A stretch of DNA of 64,000 bases. Source: Lama guanicoe. Taxonomy: Eukaryota. The notes beneath the pieces are model-generated. The model was not told the origin of the DNA, did no database searches, and was given only the letters and a program-made list of their open reading frames with translations. The translations under genes and the position numbers were made by a program. Each line of letters begins with the position of its first letter. The first letter of the stretch is position 1. Shown here piece by piece: positions 1-13,000 of this stretch. The stretch is from NCBI GenBank assembly GCA_013239625.1, contig MU054400.1:2392282-2456281 (forward strand), in the 5' to 3' direction.

Positions 1-414
1 AGAGTAGCTCACTCAGCCTAAATTGTTTGTACAAACGATGTGGTTTATGCTGAAGACCTCTTTCCTTCTGGGACTTTGGGATTTGGGGGTCTCTTAGATC
101 GAGGTGCCTCTGTGACCCGCCCTAATAAAGTCCTGGCATTGAGTCTCTTGTCTTCCCTGGTAGACAGCATTTCAGAAGAGTTGTCCTTGCTGGAAGAAAT
201 AAGAGTATCCTGCGTGACTTAACTGGGAGAGGACTTTTAGAAGCCTGTGCCTGTCTCTGCTAGACTTCGCCCCATGCACATTTTCTCTGGGGATTTTGCG
301 TTGTATACTCCGACTATAGTAAATCATAACCAGGAGTATGACTATTTGCTGAATCCTGTGGGTCCTTCTGATGAATCATCAAATAGGAGGGCGGTCTTGG
401 GGGCCCCAGACACA
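1..414 (+). mobile_element. 3' part of an ERV LTR, MER21-like
   Basis: AATAAA near 124; ends ...tgctgaatcctgtgggtccttctgatgaatcatcaaataggagggcggtcttgggggccccagacaca, matching the MER21 3' terminus as recalled. Confidence 0.7.
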
Positions 415-1557
415 TCTTTATAGGCTTATTCTGATATCTGGCTGCGTTAAGGATGCCATTCAGCTAGGACTAGGGGTGGATTTGAGGCAGGGTTTATTGC
501 AGGGCACTGAGACCATGAATGGTAGCCACAAGATCCAAAGGGCTGCAGAGCTGTCAGAAGATGGAACAGATGTAATAAAACTCAGAACATAAGGGCTGTG
601 TGCGGCCCTAGATATCATGCATCCATTCAGCAGAGCTCTTGTGGTCTTCCTCTGCCTTGCCAAGCTGCCTACCTGGTTGGTGTGGCCAAGAGGTGGTCCC
701 GTCCTGCGGAGTGTGAGCAGGAGATACTCCTCCCCCCCTGCCTCCTCCTTCTGCACAGAGTTATTATTATTACTTATTAATGTAACTTCGCAGAGGGAGG
801 AAAAGCAGAGCACGTATGACCACTCGATGTGTTTGCCTGTCTTTGGTCTCCTTCCCGCTAATGCCTGAGCCAGCGGGGAGGCTTCTTTTTGTAGCCCCCA
901 TGGATGGCTTAGCCTCACCTGCTGGCACTGTGGCTGTTTATCACTGGCCTCTGTTCTGGTTGGTTTGTGCCTGTATTGAATATTTTGATGACCACCCGAC
1001 CCTATGTCACATCCCTCCTCTGCCATCAAGCCATAAGGACTGTGGCTTTGCTGTCACAGCCGGAAGGGCTGTCGTCTCTACACGGAGGAGAACTCTCTGA
1101 GCTGGGTGCCACATACTCTGCTCCTGATTTATTAAAGCTGGGACATTAAGGAATTTGGAAAATCCTCTCTAGAGGAGATAGTTCAGTTTGTAAGGCTATT
1201 ATCTTGATGCCTAATCCTAATTTGCCTACCAGACTCTACATATTACCGTTTTTGCTTCTGTAATGAATCCTAATCCTCCCCCAGATGGACAATTCAGGCC
1301 AGCTGGGGGAGAGGTCATATACTCAGAAGAGCAAAAGAGAAAAACGCCCTAATAGTTTTCAAAGCATTATCCCATTACACTGTACTGAGCTAAGCACTGG
1401 GGCAGGCCCTGGGGCCCCAAAGATGGGTAATACTATCAACCTGGAGGAGAAGGATGGAAATGAATAACTGCAACCAGGTCATTAGCTCTAGAGTGGTGAT
1501 GTGTTCAAAAGGGCATGGAAATTCAGAGGACACAAGTAACCATATTCAAGGGAATGG

Positions 1558-1780
1558 AATAATAATATTAACATTAGCTAAATTATATTAAGAGCTTATT
1601 TTTCAGGCACTGGGCTAAGTAACTTAAGTCACTTCTCCTAAGTAACCCCATGGCCTACCTACCATTATTTTCCCCATTTTCCAGATGAAGATCTCAAGGC
1701 GTGGAGGGGTTAAGTACCTGATTAAGGTGGCCCAGCTGACAGAGGTGGGACAATCAGGGCACAGCAACTTGAATCTAAGC
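1558..1780 (-). mobile_element. MIR SINE
   Basis: ccattattttccccattttccagatgaag...ggttaagtacctg...aaggtggcccagct is the reverse complement of the MIR core. Confidence 0.75.
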
Positions 1781-2199
1781 CATTTTCTGTATTGTTTCCA
1801 TCAAGGAAGGCTTCAGAGAGGAGGTGACATTTGGTGTCTGCTAATACTACCTTTTTGTTTGAGATATGTGGAACTAAAGCCCAAGGCCATGTCAGTTGGT
1901 GTCAAGTCAGGGTTTCTTCCTTGGTCCCAGGTGCCTTTCACAGTGGACCTGGCTCTGAGGAGGCTGGAGAGCTTCCACCATATGTATGAAGAATCAGAGA
2001 CCAGGTACAAGTCAGGGCAGGAGGTCACCCAGATCCCGATACTACCCCCCCATCCTTACTGTCTGGTGGGAGACTGAGGACAGCTCTGGGCCCGAGGGGC
2101 CATCTATAGGTCTCCGCCCCTGTGGACTGAAGGAGTGGCGGGTAGGTCCTGGCAGGGACATCTGCCACTTTGAAAATTTATTTCCTGGGTTTTTTGCTT

Positions 2200-2700
2200 A
2201 ATTTGGGTCCCTAGAAGCAGATCCTGATACAAGTTGTTAAAGGAAATACAGGCAGGGAAGGGGGTTAGTGAAACAGGGAAGGGAAGGCAGCAAGTAGATA
2301 GTATGTTTTCAAGCAAGTCACCACTGTGGGCAACTAGAGTTGAAGGCAGTGGAGAAACACCATGTGCCCAGAGAGCTGGGGTGTGTATAATCGAGCAGGG
2401 CTGCTCCCAAGTGTGTTAGTGCCCTGGTACTTCCAGTCAGCTATTAGGTGGCAAGGCAGGTTCCAAGAGCCAGCAAAAGCCCTAATACAAATGAATGTGG
2501 GTGCTGGTGTTGGACGCCAGGCCTGTGTGTGGCCAGAGGCACTGGCGATGGGACCCAGGCAGGCATCTCTACCGTCATCGGCAGACTGGGTGAGGGCAGA
2601 GTCCCATTACGTGTGTGTGTCATCTGCTCTGTGGCATCTCAAGGCTGGTGACTCAGGTCACGGGGCAGCAGTGAAGATGGGTCTGGGAACCCAAAGGCCC
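2200..2700 (-). mobile_element. Old ERVL LTR fragment (LTR33/LTR16-like)
   Basis: ttgggtccctagaagcagatcctga...gtgaaacagggaagggaaggcag...caagcaagtcaccactgtgggcaact motifs; boundaries approximate. Confidence 0.5.
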
Positions 2701-3989
2701 TGGCTTAAGTCACACTCTGGGAGCAGAGGAGAGGTCTGTGGCCATGTGGCTCTGCCAGCTGCCGGGGGCATTCATTCCCCTGCTAGTACTTCTCTCCCTG
2801 CTCTCCTGACCAGTCCTCTCAGATTCCAAGAGGCTGCCCCAGCGGTTTCTGACCAGTCCCTGACTGCTAGGGGGCTGAGCTTCTTGAAAACAGGTCTTGC
2901 CTCCTCAGAACTACTGTCCTCAGAAGGCTGGGCAGGAGACTGCTTACGAGAGCTTTGCCACCTCAACTCTCAGTGTCGTATTTCAGCCACAGGGCTGATG
3001 GCCTCTGTGGATAATTTAAATTCCTTCCCTTCCCGGTAGCTAAAGCATGCAAAGGTTCAGTGGAGGTTACTGCTCCCTTGCATCAGCAAGCAGCTGTCAG
3101 CCTGGATGAGATAATGCCTCACACGCTTCCTGTTCTCCGGGGGACGTACATTGCACTACTCTATTATTCATATGATTGTTTGCAGTGTTGTTTTCTAAAT
3201 ACACACAAATGTGCACGTATAGAAGGCTGGACACATTTTCATCTGAACATTAGCTCTCCTTGGATACCCAGGACAAAAGGGAGATTCACATTGTGTCCCC
3301 CCTCAATATATGGGTTGAAGGAAAGTGTTTAACTGAAAGTTTTTTTCCTTCCTCCTGGACATGTGTGTCCGAAAAGAAGTTCACACGTGGAAGTCCTCTT
3401 TGATGCAATCAGTATCTCAGTGTCCCCAATTCCAGCAAAGCAACTGGGCTTGTGGTAAAGCTCAACACTGAAGAGAAAAGTACCTATTTCAGAAACTAGG
3501 ATAATGTAGTCAAAAGGAATTTTTGGATTTAGGAAAGTGTGATATTGAGAAATGTTTTAAATTAGAATTTCTGTGGGGGGACCCAGGCTGCTGTATGCCT
3601 CCGTGCAGCTTATGCCTTGCCCTATTCTAGAGTTTACATTGCAGTATGCATGAATGGTGCTCCTAGAATTCAGTATACAACCTGAACAACCAATTAAAGC
3701 TAGAAAAAGGCAACTCTTAGCTATTTTTTTTGTTATTTTCATCTTCGAAAAAATTATTATTTTATGCTAGCTATTTAAAAAAGCTTATGGTTACCCATAC
3801 ATATAATCCATTTTAAAACTCCTGTCTATCTTAAGCTCAATCTAATCTTTATCACTCATATTTAATTTATTCAATGTTGTCTCTAAAATCTCTTTGATGC
3901 CTAGTAAACTTTTCTCTAAGCTGTGACTACTAAGTACTAATTATTTTATCTTCAATGTAGAAAGTTCTCATTTTGGGTTTGCTGTAGGC

Positions 3990-4190
3990 TAGCACAAACC
4001 AATAGAACATTCTGTGGTGATGGAAATGTCCTCTATCTGTGCTGTTTAATAAGGCAGCCACTAGCCACACATGCCTATTGATTGAAATGTGGCTAATGTA
4101 ATTGGGGAACTAAGTTTTAAATTTCATTTAATTTTAATTAATTTAAATTTAAATAGTCACACATGGCTATTGGCTACTCTAGAGGACAGT
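3990..4190 (+). mobile_element. MER3 (non-autonomous hAT-Charlie DNA transposon)
   Basis: ccaatagaacattctgtggtgatggaaatgt...gccactagccac...aatttaaatttaaatagtcacacatggctattggctac follows the MER3 consensus along its length. Confidence 0.85.
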
Positions 4191-5140
4191 CCCTTAGACC
4201 CAGGACCACCCATGACTTCTAATCCTGTTAAAAATCATACTGCCACAACCCAAGGGGACCCAAACTAAGGGCAGTATGTGCCTTTGCTTTGGCAATATAA
4301 CTGCTTCATTTTTATGTATAACGTGTTCCTAAAAAAGCTTTATATATAAAGAGAATTTTTATATCGAATCATGTTTTCCCACTTAATCCTATTATAATTT
4401 CAAGATGGCATTGCCTCTGAAAAATCTTTAATTTGAATATGTAATAGATTTGATACTTGAGAATATTAACAACTGCCTTAAGATGCTTTTGATCTTTATC
4501 AACATCTTGTCTTTTTAAGTCTACTTTTCCTGGTTTATACTCATCCAAGGAAGGTTAATCACCTGGATTATCCAATTGTGATGAGTACGGTCAGAAGTAT
4601 TTCTCTATCAAAACATGCCAGTACCCTGTGCCTGGGAGTCCACGCCACACCCCTGCTTCATTCTTGCTTCTGTTGTGTTGGCTACATCTTTGCAAGCAAG
4701 GCCAGAGGTGCGGGCTCAAAATTCTGTGCTCCAGTGAACACCTGCCCAAAGCACAGACAGGTAGGTCTTCCCTTCCCTTCTCATCAGGTCTCAGAGGTCA
4801 AAAGCTTTTGAGAATCAATGCCGTGGCGTTAGTCCAATCCTGAGCTTGGGGATGAGGAGGGTGGATTGAAGTCACCTCATCAATGCTGGCCAGGAGCTGG
4901 GCTGGCCTGCTGCAAGACTGTGGGGCAAAACACAGTTTCTGGTTTTCTTTTTTTTTGAGGATTCTGTTATCAGTGCTCCAGAGAGCGCTGCACAAACTGC
5001 TGCAGAGATCTGGAGGAAGAAGGAAATTAAAAGTAGAAACCATTTACAGGGTCTCCATTTTTTCCCTCAGTGAACTTTCTGGACGGATAATGTTACTCTG
5101 AGAAATATGCCAACTTCCCAAATAAAAAGCAACAAATCTT

Positions 5141-6272
5141 ATAAATTGAAGTTTAGTTGGTTTACAATGTTGTGTTAATTTCTGGTGTACAGCATAGTGA
5201 TTCAGTTTTATAGATATGTATATATTCCCTTTCATATTCTTCTTCATTATAGGCTGTTACAGGTATTGAATACAGTTCCCTGTGCTATACAACAAGTAGG
5301 ACTTGTCGTTCATCTGTTTTTTATACAGTAGTTAGTATCTGCAAATCCTAAACTCTCAGTTTATCCCTCTACCCTACCCCCCCACCCCCACCCCCGGTAA
5401 CCATGCATTTGTTTTCAATGTTTGTAAATCTGTTTCCGTTTTATAAATAAGTTCATTTGTGTCATTTTTTAAAGATTCTACATATAATTGATATCATATG
5501 GTATTCTTCTTTCTCTTTCTGGCTTACTTCACTTAGAATGATGATCACCAGATCAGTCCATGTTGCTGCAGATGGCATTATTTTATTTGTTTTTTATGGC
5601 TGAGTAGTATTCTATCATATAAATATACCACAACTTTTTTATCTAGTCATCTGTCAGTGGACAGTTAGGTTGCTTCCATGTCTTGGCTATTATAAACAGT
5701 GCTGCATGAACATGAGGTGTGTGTATCTTTTCAAATTAGAGTTCCCTCTGGATATATGCCCTGGAATGGGATTCCTGGCTCATATGGTAAGTCTATTTTT
5801 AGTCTTTTGAGGAATCTTCATACTGTTTTCCAAAACGGCTGCTCCAAACTACATTCACACCAACAGGGAGGAGGGTTCCCTTTTCTCCACAGCCTCTCCA
5901 GCATTTATCATTTGTGGACTTTTGAATGAGGGCCATTCTGACTGGTGTGAGGTGATACCTCATTGTAGTTTTGATTTGCATTTCTCTAATAATTAGCGAT
6001 ATTCAGTATCTTTTCATGTGCCTATGAGCCATTTTTATGTCTTCATTGGAGAAATGTTTGTTTAGATCTTTTGCCCATTTTTTGATTGGGTTGTTTGTTT
6101 TTTTGTTATTGAGTTGTATGAGCTGTTTGTATATTCTGGACATTAAGCCCTTGTCAGTCGCATTGTTTGCAAATATTTTCTCCCATTCCGTAGATTGTCT
6201 TTTCATTTTGTTTATAGTTTCCTTTGCTGAGCAAAAGCTTATAAATTTAATTAGGTCCCGTTTGTTTATTTT
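5141..6272 (-). mobile_element. 5'-truncated L1 (ORF2 C-terminus plus 3' UTR), relatively young artiodactyl/camelid type
   Basis: Minus-strand ORFs give L1 ORF2 peptides ([37 protein letters not shown]). 16-bp TSD aaaagcaacaaa(t/c)ctt at 5125-5140 and 6273-6288. Confidence 0.95.
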
Positions 6273-8139
6273 AAAAGCAACAAACCTTAATAGTAAAAGT
6301 GGGAGAGTTTGTGACCTGCTCCCACCCCCACAATCCCACCTGAGGGCCACAGGTAAGACCTTCCAGGGAAGGCAGGCAGGACACCCACGTGACCAGCAGA
6401 CACCACTGACCTCCCCCAAGGCTCCCAGCTAGTGATCTTTTATATACGACCTTCAGGTTCCCTTTTTATTCTGAAAGCGTGGAATGAATAATTCCCCCCT
6501 CCCAATTTCATTATTCTTTAAAAAAAATCTTGTTTTAAGTCTCTACTTTATGTTCTTAAAAATGCTTCTAAATCACTCACTTCTTTTCCCCTTTAATATC
6601 TGAGTCATCATTGTAAATGCTTTAGCAGGGTGAATGGTGAATGGCAGGGCCTTTGGGGCAGCATAAAGCTCCCCAAATATTTATGTTTCTCGCAGCTTTC
6701 CAGGTGGCATTAAACAGACCTATTTTACAAAAGGTGCTCCCCTCCCCTCTCATCCTGGGGCACTTATTTACCTAAAATGTTCTCGGCATGCACATTTTTG
6801 AATCGCTGCCACCGGAGTCTGCCTGCTGTTTCAATGGATGGCATACTGAATATTTTAGGAAGAAAATTTACCTAAGAGTTAAAAACTCATGATTGTAAAT
6901 ATTCAGCAGGCACTTAATTTATTGTTTCAAAATAGCTTTTGTGATGTGGAGGACATGTTTTTCTGTCAGCTGCTCAATATTTATTTTACCATATTAAACA
7001 ACCTCAGAAATATTCATAGCACGGAAACCTTTCTATATTTGAGTGGATTAAATTTACAAGTCCAAATTAATGCTATAAATTACATTTACATAATTCATTT
7101 CTCACTGAACAGTTTTTATTTAGCCTGTGTCTCTGCTAATATATATGTTTAAGGAAAAAACAGTACCTGTATTGTTGACCACGTAGTTAATTTAGTCTGA
7201 GTAGAATTTAGATGGCATCTCAGTGTTCCTTTGTTACAGGGCTCCCCCCATCACCATCCAACATCTGAATTTTGCAATTTCTCAGCATATGTATGTGGGG
7301 TCTGAGGCGAGGAGAGAAACCCGCCAAACAAAACCAAGCCTGCCTTATTTTTGCCTTTCAGAGCGTTGCGTGATGTCCTTACAAATCATCTATTACATGC
7401 GTCTTACTAATTTTATGCAAAACTGAAAAGGAGGTAAGAGATGAACAAACTGGGTTGGAGATCAGTTGGAAACTTTGAAACCAGCGTCTCAAACCCAGAT
7501 GGATTTGAAAGAGCAAGGAAGGTAAAAAGAAGCAAGAGAAGTGGGTTGACAATGCTCTTGGGGTCCCAAAGAGCTTCCGATCTGTCCTTTTGCATTTACA
7601 TCTATTTTCACAGACGAGGGTGAGGGCCATCAATGCATTTGCTGCTGCAATTTCAGGTTTTAGAATGTTTTCAACAATATGCCTCAAATCACGCCAATAA
7701 TTGGAGGACCCTTCATTATTGAGTGTTGTGCCTCTAACGATGTTAGTGGCGGAGAAGAGCCACTGGCTTTACCTCACCAGGCTTGGTTTTGTGAGGCTGG
7801 CACCGAAACAGGCATTGTTCACCTCAATTTCCCCTCGCTTTTTCTAGTAGCCTATTAAACCTCTTTGTTAAGAGACCCAGCTGCTTGTTTTCTCTCAAGA
7901 TAATGACTGGAAAATGTGCTTAAAAAAAGAAATCATGGGGAAAATGATTTCTGGAAGGTCTGTCTCCTCTTTCTTTTTGCTATCATCTTGGCTGATAATG
8001 ACTTTCAATAATACCAGGGTAATAAAAATTCATTTGAACACAGAGACCAAATATGGAACTTAAATTACCACAGAAACCAGGGATCACTGCCCTTTTTTTT
8101 CCACCTGAATGCAGATTCTTCTTTTCTCCCCTAATATTC

Positions 8140-8806
8140 TTTTTTTTTTCAAAAAATTGAGGTATAATTTACACACAATAGTATATGCAGATTTTAAGTG
8201 TATGGTTTGCTGAGTTTTGACAAATGTGATTCCCATCCCAACCAAGACAGAAAACACGGCCATTTCTTCATTCTTCGTCCCAATCCACCCTCTCTCCCGA
8301 AAGCAGCCCCTGTCTGGATTGTTGTTGCTATAGATTCCTCTTGCCTGTTTTTATACTTTATAGAAGTGGAATCATACAGTATGCATTCTATTAGGTATGG
8401 CTTTTTCTCACTCAGCATGTTTTTTTGGAGGAGGAGGGATTCATATGACGAATTTTTAATTCTTGCTTCTTCACATTTTGAGATGATATTTTTATTATTG
8501 TTAAACTGACTCAGCATGTTTTTGAAATTCAGTAGTTTCTTCCTTTTTATCGCTGAGATGTACTGCACAGGAAGGATGTACTACAACCTACCTGTTCTTT
8601 TGTTCGTAAACATGTAGCTTGTCTCCAGTTTTGGGCTATTTTGAATGAAGCTGCAATGAACATTTATGCATAAGACTTTATGTGGACATTTGCTTTCATT
8701 TCTCTGAAGTAAATATGTAAGTATGCAATCCCTGAGTTGTGCAGTAGGTGTGAGTTTTACTTTGGAAGAAACTGCCATAGAATTCTCCAAAGTGGTTGTG
8801 CCTTTT
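8140..8806 (-). mobile_element. Old L1M 3' fragment
   Basis: Poly-T then aattgaggtataatttacacacaata...gaatgaagctgcaatgaacatt...aagtggttgtgcc, typical L1M 3' end on the minus strand. Confidence 0.8.
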
Positions 8807-9980
8807 TTTTTTTTTCCAGTGGTTGTGCCTTTTAATCTTTTGATAGAAAAAAAAACATAGATAGGTCAAAAACTGAATTTGGTCTCTGGGGAATTAGACT
8901 ATGAGACCATAGACCAAGATAATGGACGTTCTGTCCTGTTCTTTAATTTTCTTTTATTTGGGGGAGTATCTGGTTTTTGTCAACAAGGAGATTTGAGGTA
9001 TCAGAAATAGTGGAAATTGCCTGGCTCTTTTGCTTTAAGAAAAAAGAGCTACAGAATTCCAGGCAAGTGTCCCCAGGAAATGAGCCTTTGTACCTGTTTC
9101 CTTGTAGGCTGTTTTGATAGATCTCTCTCTTGGGTTGGGGGAGTGTCTCAAAGAAAGCAGGGTCGGCAGACTTCATCCTGAAATGAAGACATATTTCTGC
9201 AAGAGGAACTCAATAGACATCAACCCCTCCATTGTCACAGAAACTCCATGAAAAACCAGTCAGAGGAATTTTTAAAATCCCAGCAAAATGAGAGATCTCT
9301 CAACGTTTTATAGGACAGAGACCAGGACCCGCTTTGTAGATTGCTAATGTTTTACTGGACGTATGCTGCCCACATGCCTTACAAACAGCCATAAACCAAC
9401 AGACCTGGACATTTAGCAGCATGTTTGTACTGATCAGTTTACCTTGGAATTACTGAATCCAAAGAAAATCCACTGCCTTTCCTCCTTCTTTATGAATTCA
9501 AGTGACGAAGGCAAAGAACTGAGGTGCGAAGCTGGGCTGTGAGCACTGCCGTGTTTCCTTCCTGGTGGCAGACTTCATAACCAGCAAAGCCCTACTTTAA
9601 ATTGAGAGTCTCTGGTCTCTCAGTTTTGACAACAGATGTCAGATTCTGTCGCTATTTCCGGCTTTGCAAATAGGTGTCCAGTTTATGTAAAAATAATCAA
9701 AGGAGGACATCATATTACTAGTTTATTAAGTTGAAATCCACTCAGTCCACATCCCTATGTATTCACAGCCCTAATTTGTGATGCAGTGGTATATCAGATC
9801 ATCCTGGTTAAATGAGTCAACTGGAAGAGAATATTTGAACCCATATATATTAACTTCATTTTTGAAAAGTCTCCAACTTAACAAAAAAATGAACAACTGG
9901 ATTAGAAAAAAGTGGGCAAAAGATCTAAACAGACACTTCACCAAAAAGGTTTACAGATAGCAAACAAATAATATGAAAAT

Positions 9981-10104
9981 GGGGGAGGGTATAGCTCAGT
10001 GGAAGTGCGCATGCTTAGCATGCACAAGGGCCTGGGCTCAATCCCCAGTGCCTCCATTAAAAAAATAAATAAACCTAATTACCTCCCCGCCTCCAAAACA
10101 AAGG
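9981..10104 (+). mobile_element. tRNA-Ala-derived SINE (camelid Vic-1-like)
   Basis: gggggagggtatagctcagtgg (A box)...gggctcaatcccc (B box)...aataaataaacctaattacctcccc; imperfect TSD aaacaaataatatgaaaa / aaacaagtatatgaaaa. Confidence 0.9.
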
Positions 10105-11189
10105 AAACAAGTATATGAAAAGATATTCAACATCATACACTATTAGGGAATTGTAAATTTAAATGACAACGAGATACCACTGTACATTATTAGAATGGTC
10201 AAAACCCACAACACTAACACCAAATGCTGGCAAGGATGTGGAGCAACAGGAGCTCTCATTTTTTGCTGGTGGCAATTTGGCAGGGTTTTTTTTTGTGCAA
10301 AACTAAACATACTCTTTTCGTAGGATCTCCAATTGCACTCCGTGGTATTTATCCAAATGAGTTGGAAATGAACGCCTACTCAGAAACCCGTACGTGGATG
10401 TTTACAGCAGCTTTATTCATAATTGTCAAAAGTTAGAAGCAGCCAAGATGTTCTTCAGGAGGTGAATGGATAAGTAATCTGTATATGCATACGGTAGAAT
10501 ATTATTCAGTGCTAAAATGAAATGAGCTATCATGCCATGAAAAGGCATGGAGGAACCTTAAAGTCATGCATATTACTAAGTGGAAAAAACCAGGCTGAAA
10601 TGGCTTCATACTGTATAATTCCAACTGTATGACATCCTGGAAAAGGCAAAATGGCGGGGACAGTAAAAGGATCAGTGGTTGCCAAGGGTTAGGGGAATGG
10701 AGGGATGGATAGGTGAAACACATTTTTAGGATTTTAAAGATATTCAGGGCAGTGAAACTACAGGCATATCTTGTTTTATTGTGCTTCACTTTACTGCACT
10801 TTGCAGATACTGAGTTTTTTGTTGTTGTTGTTGCAAATTTAAGGTTTGAGGTGCCCCTGCCTTGAGCGAGTCTATTGGCATCATTTTTCCAACTGTATTT
10901 GCTCACTTCGTGTCTTTGTGTCCCATTTGGTAACTCTCACACTATTTCAGGCATTTTCATTATGATATACTGGTTATGGTGAACTGTGATCAGTGATCAT
11001 TGATGTTACTATTGTTATTGTATGGGGCACCCTGAACCGTGTCCATATGACGGTGAACTTAATGGATAAATGTTGTGTGTTGTGTTCTGACTGCTCCACC
11101 AACTTGTTCCTTGTCTCTCTCCCTCACCTTGGGCCTTTCTATTCCCTGAGATACATATTAAATATTAAAATTAGGCCAGTTAATAACCC

Positions 11190-13000
11190 TACAGTGGCCT
11201 TTAAGTGTTCAAGTGAAAGGAAGAATTGCACGTCTCTCACTTAAAATCGAAAGTTAGAAAAGACTAAGCTTAGCGAGGAAGATGTGTCTAAAGCTAGATA
11301 GGCCGAAAGCTAGGATTTGGTGCCAAACACTTAGTCAAGTTATGAATACAAAGAAAAAGTTCCTGAAGGAAATTAAAAGTGCTACTCCAGTGAACACACA
11401 AATGTTGAGAAAGTAAGACAGGCTTATTGCCAATATGGAGAAAGTTTAAGTGATCTGGATAGAAGATCAAACCAACCACAACATTCCCCTAAACCAAAGC
11501 CTAATCCAGAGCAACGCCCTAAATCTCTTTAATTCTATGAAGGCTGAGAGGTGAGGAAGCTGCAGAAGAGTTGGAAGCTGGCTCATGAGGTTTAAAGAAA
11601 GAAGCCCTCAGAGGGAGGAATGAATAAATGGAGCACAAGGGATTTTTAGGGCAATGAAATTATTCTGTATGATACTATAGTGGTGGCTACATGTCATTAT
11701 GCATTTGTCAAAATCCATAGAATGTACAACATCAAGAGTGAACCCTAATGTAAACTATGGACTTTGGTTGATTATAATGTGTCCATGTTGGTTCATCGAT
11801 TGTACCAAATATGCCACACTGATGAGGGATGCTGAGGGCAGGGGAGTATATGTGTGTGGGTGGGGAGGGCTATGTGGGAACTCTGTATTTTCTGCTCAAT
11901 TCTGCTGTAAACCTGAAACTGCTCTAAAAAAATAAAGTCTATTAAAAAAAAAAAGAAAGATGCTGTCTCTCACATAAAAGTGCAAAGTAAAGCAGCAAAT
12001 GCTAATGTAGAAGCTGCAGCAAGTTGTCCAAATCTAATTAAGATAATTAATGAAGGTGGCAAATGAAACAATAGATTTTTCTAGGTGAAACAGCCCTCTA
12101 TTGGAAGAAGATGTCATTTAGGACTTCCATAGCTAGAGAGGAGAAGTTCATGCCTGCCTTCAAAGCTTCAAAGGAGAGGCTGACTCTCGTTAGGGGCTAA
12201 TGCAGCCAGTGACTTTACATTGAAGTCAGTGCTCATTTACCATTCTGAACATCCTAGGGCCCTTAAGGATTATGCTAAATCTACTCTGCCTGAGCTTTTG
12301 AAGTGGAACAACAAAGCCTGGATGACCGCACATCTGTTTACAACACGATTTATTAACTATTTCAAGCCCACTGTTGAAATCTACTGCTCAGAGAAAAAGA
12401 TTCATTTTAAAATTCTGCTGCTCACTGACAATGCACCTAGTCACCCCAGAGCTTTGATGGAGATGGACAATGAAATTAATGTTGTTTCATGCCTGCTGAC
12501 ACAACATCCATCCTGCAGCCCATGGATCAAGGAGTAATTTTGATTTCCAAGTCTTATTGTTTAAGAAATACATTTGGTAAAGCTATAGGTGCCATGGAGA
12601 GTGGTTCCTCTGATGGATCTGGGGAAAGTCAATTGAAAATCTTCTGGAAAGGATTCACCTTTCTAGATGCCATTAAGAACATTTGTAATTCACAGGAAGA
12701 GGTCAAAATACCAACATTGACAGGAATTTGGAAGAAGCTGATTTCAACCTTCAAGGATGACTTTGAAAGGTTCAGGACTTCAGTGGAGGATGTAAATGCA
12801 GATGTGGTGGAAATGGCAAGAGAACTAGAATTAGAAGTGGAGCCTGAAGATGTGACCAAATAGCTGCAATCTCATGATACAGAAAATGTCAGCGGATGAG
12901 GAGTTGCTTATGGATGAGCAAAGAAAGTGGTTTCTTGTAGTAGAATCTACTCCTGGTGAAGATGCCATGAAGATTGTTGAAATGACAACAAAAGATTTAG
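11190..13000 (+). pseudogene. Disrupted Tigger1 transposase (CENP-B-like N-terminus and DDE_1 domain)
   Basis: Fragments [26 protein letters not shown]...[12 protein letters not shown] and [13 protein letters not shown] lie in different frames with stops and an L1 insertion. Confidence 0.9.
11610..11952 (+). mobile_element. L1MC1-like 3' end inserted within Tigger1
   Basis: gatttttagggcaatgaaattattctgtatgatact...ctgctctaaaaaaataaagtctatt then poly-A; flanked by aaagaaagaagcc / aaagaaagatgct (degenerate TSD). Confidence 0.88.

Noticed and set aside
460..1029. 189-aa minus-strand ORF
   Set aside because: No recognisable homology or splice context.
2362..3039. Longest ORF in the window (225 aa)
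   Set aside because: Partly overlaps a degenerate LTR, has no recognisable domain or exon context, and fits a chance ORF in GC-richer DNA.
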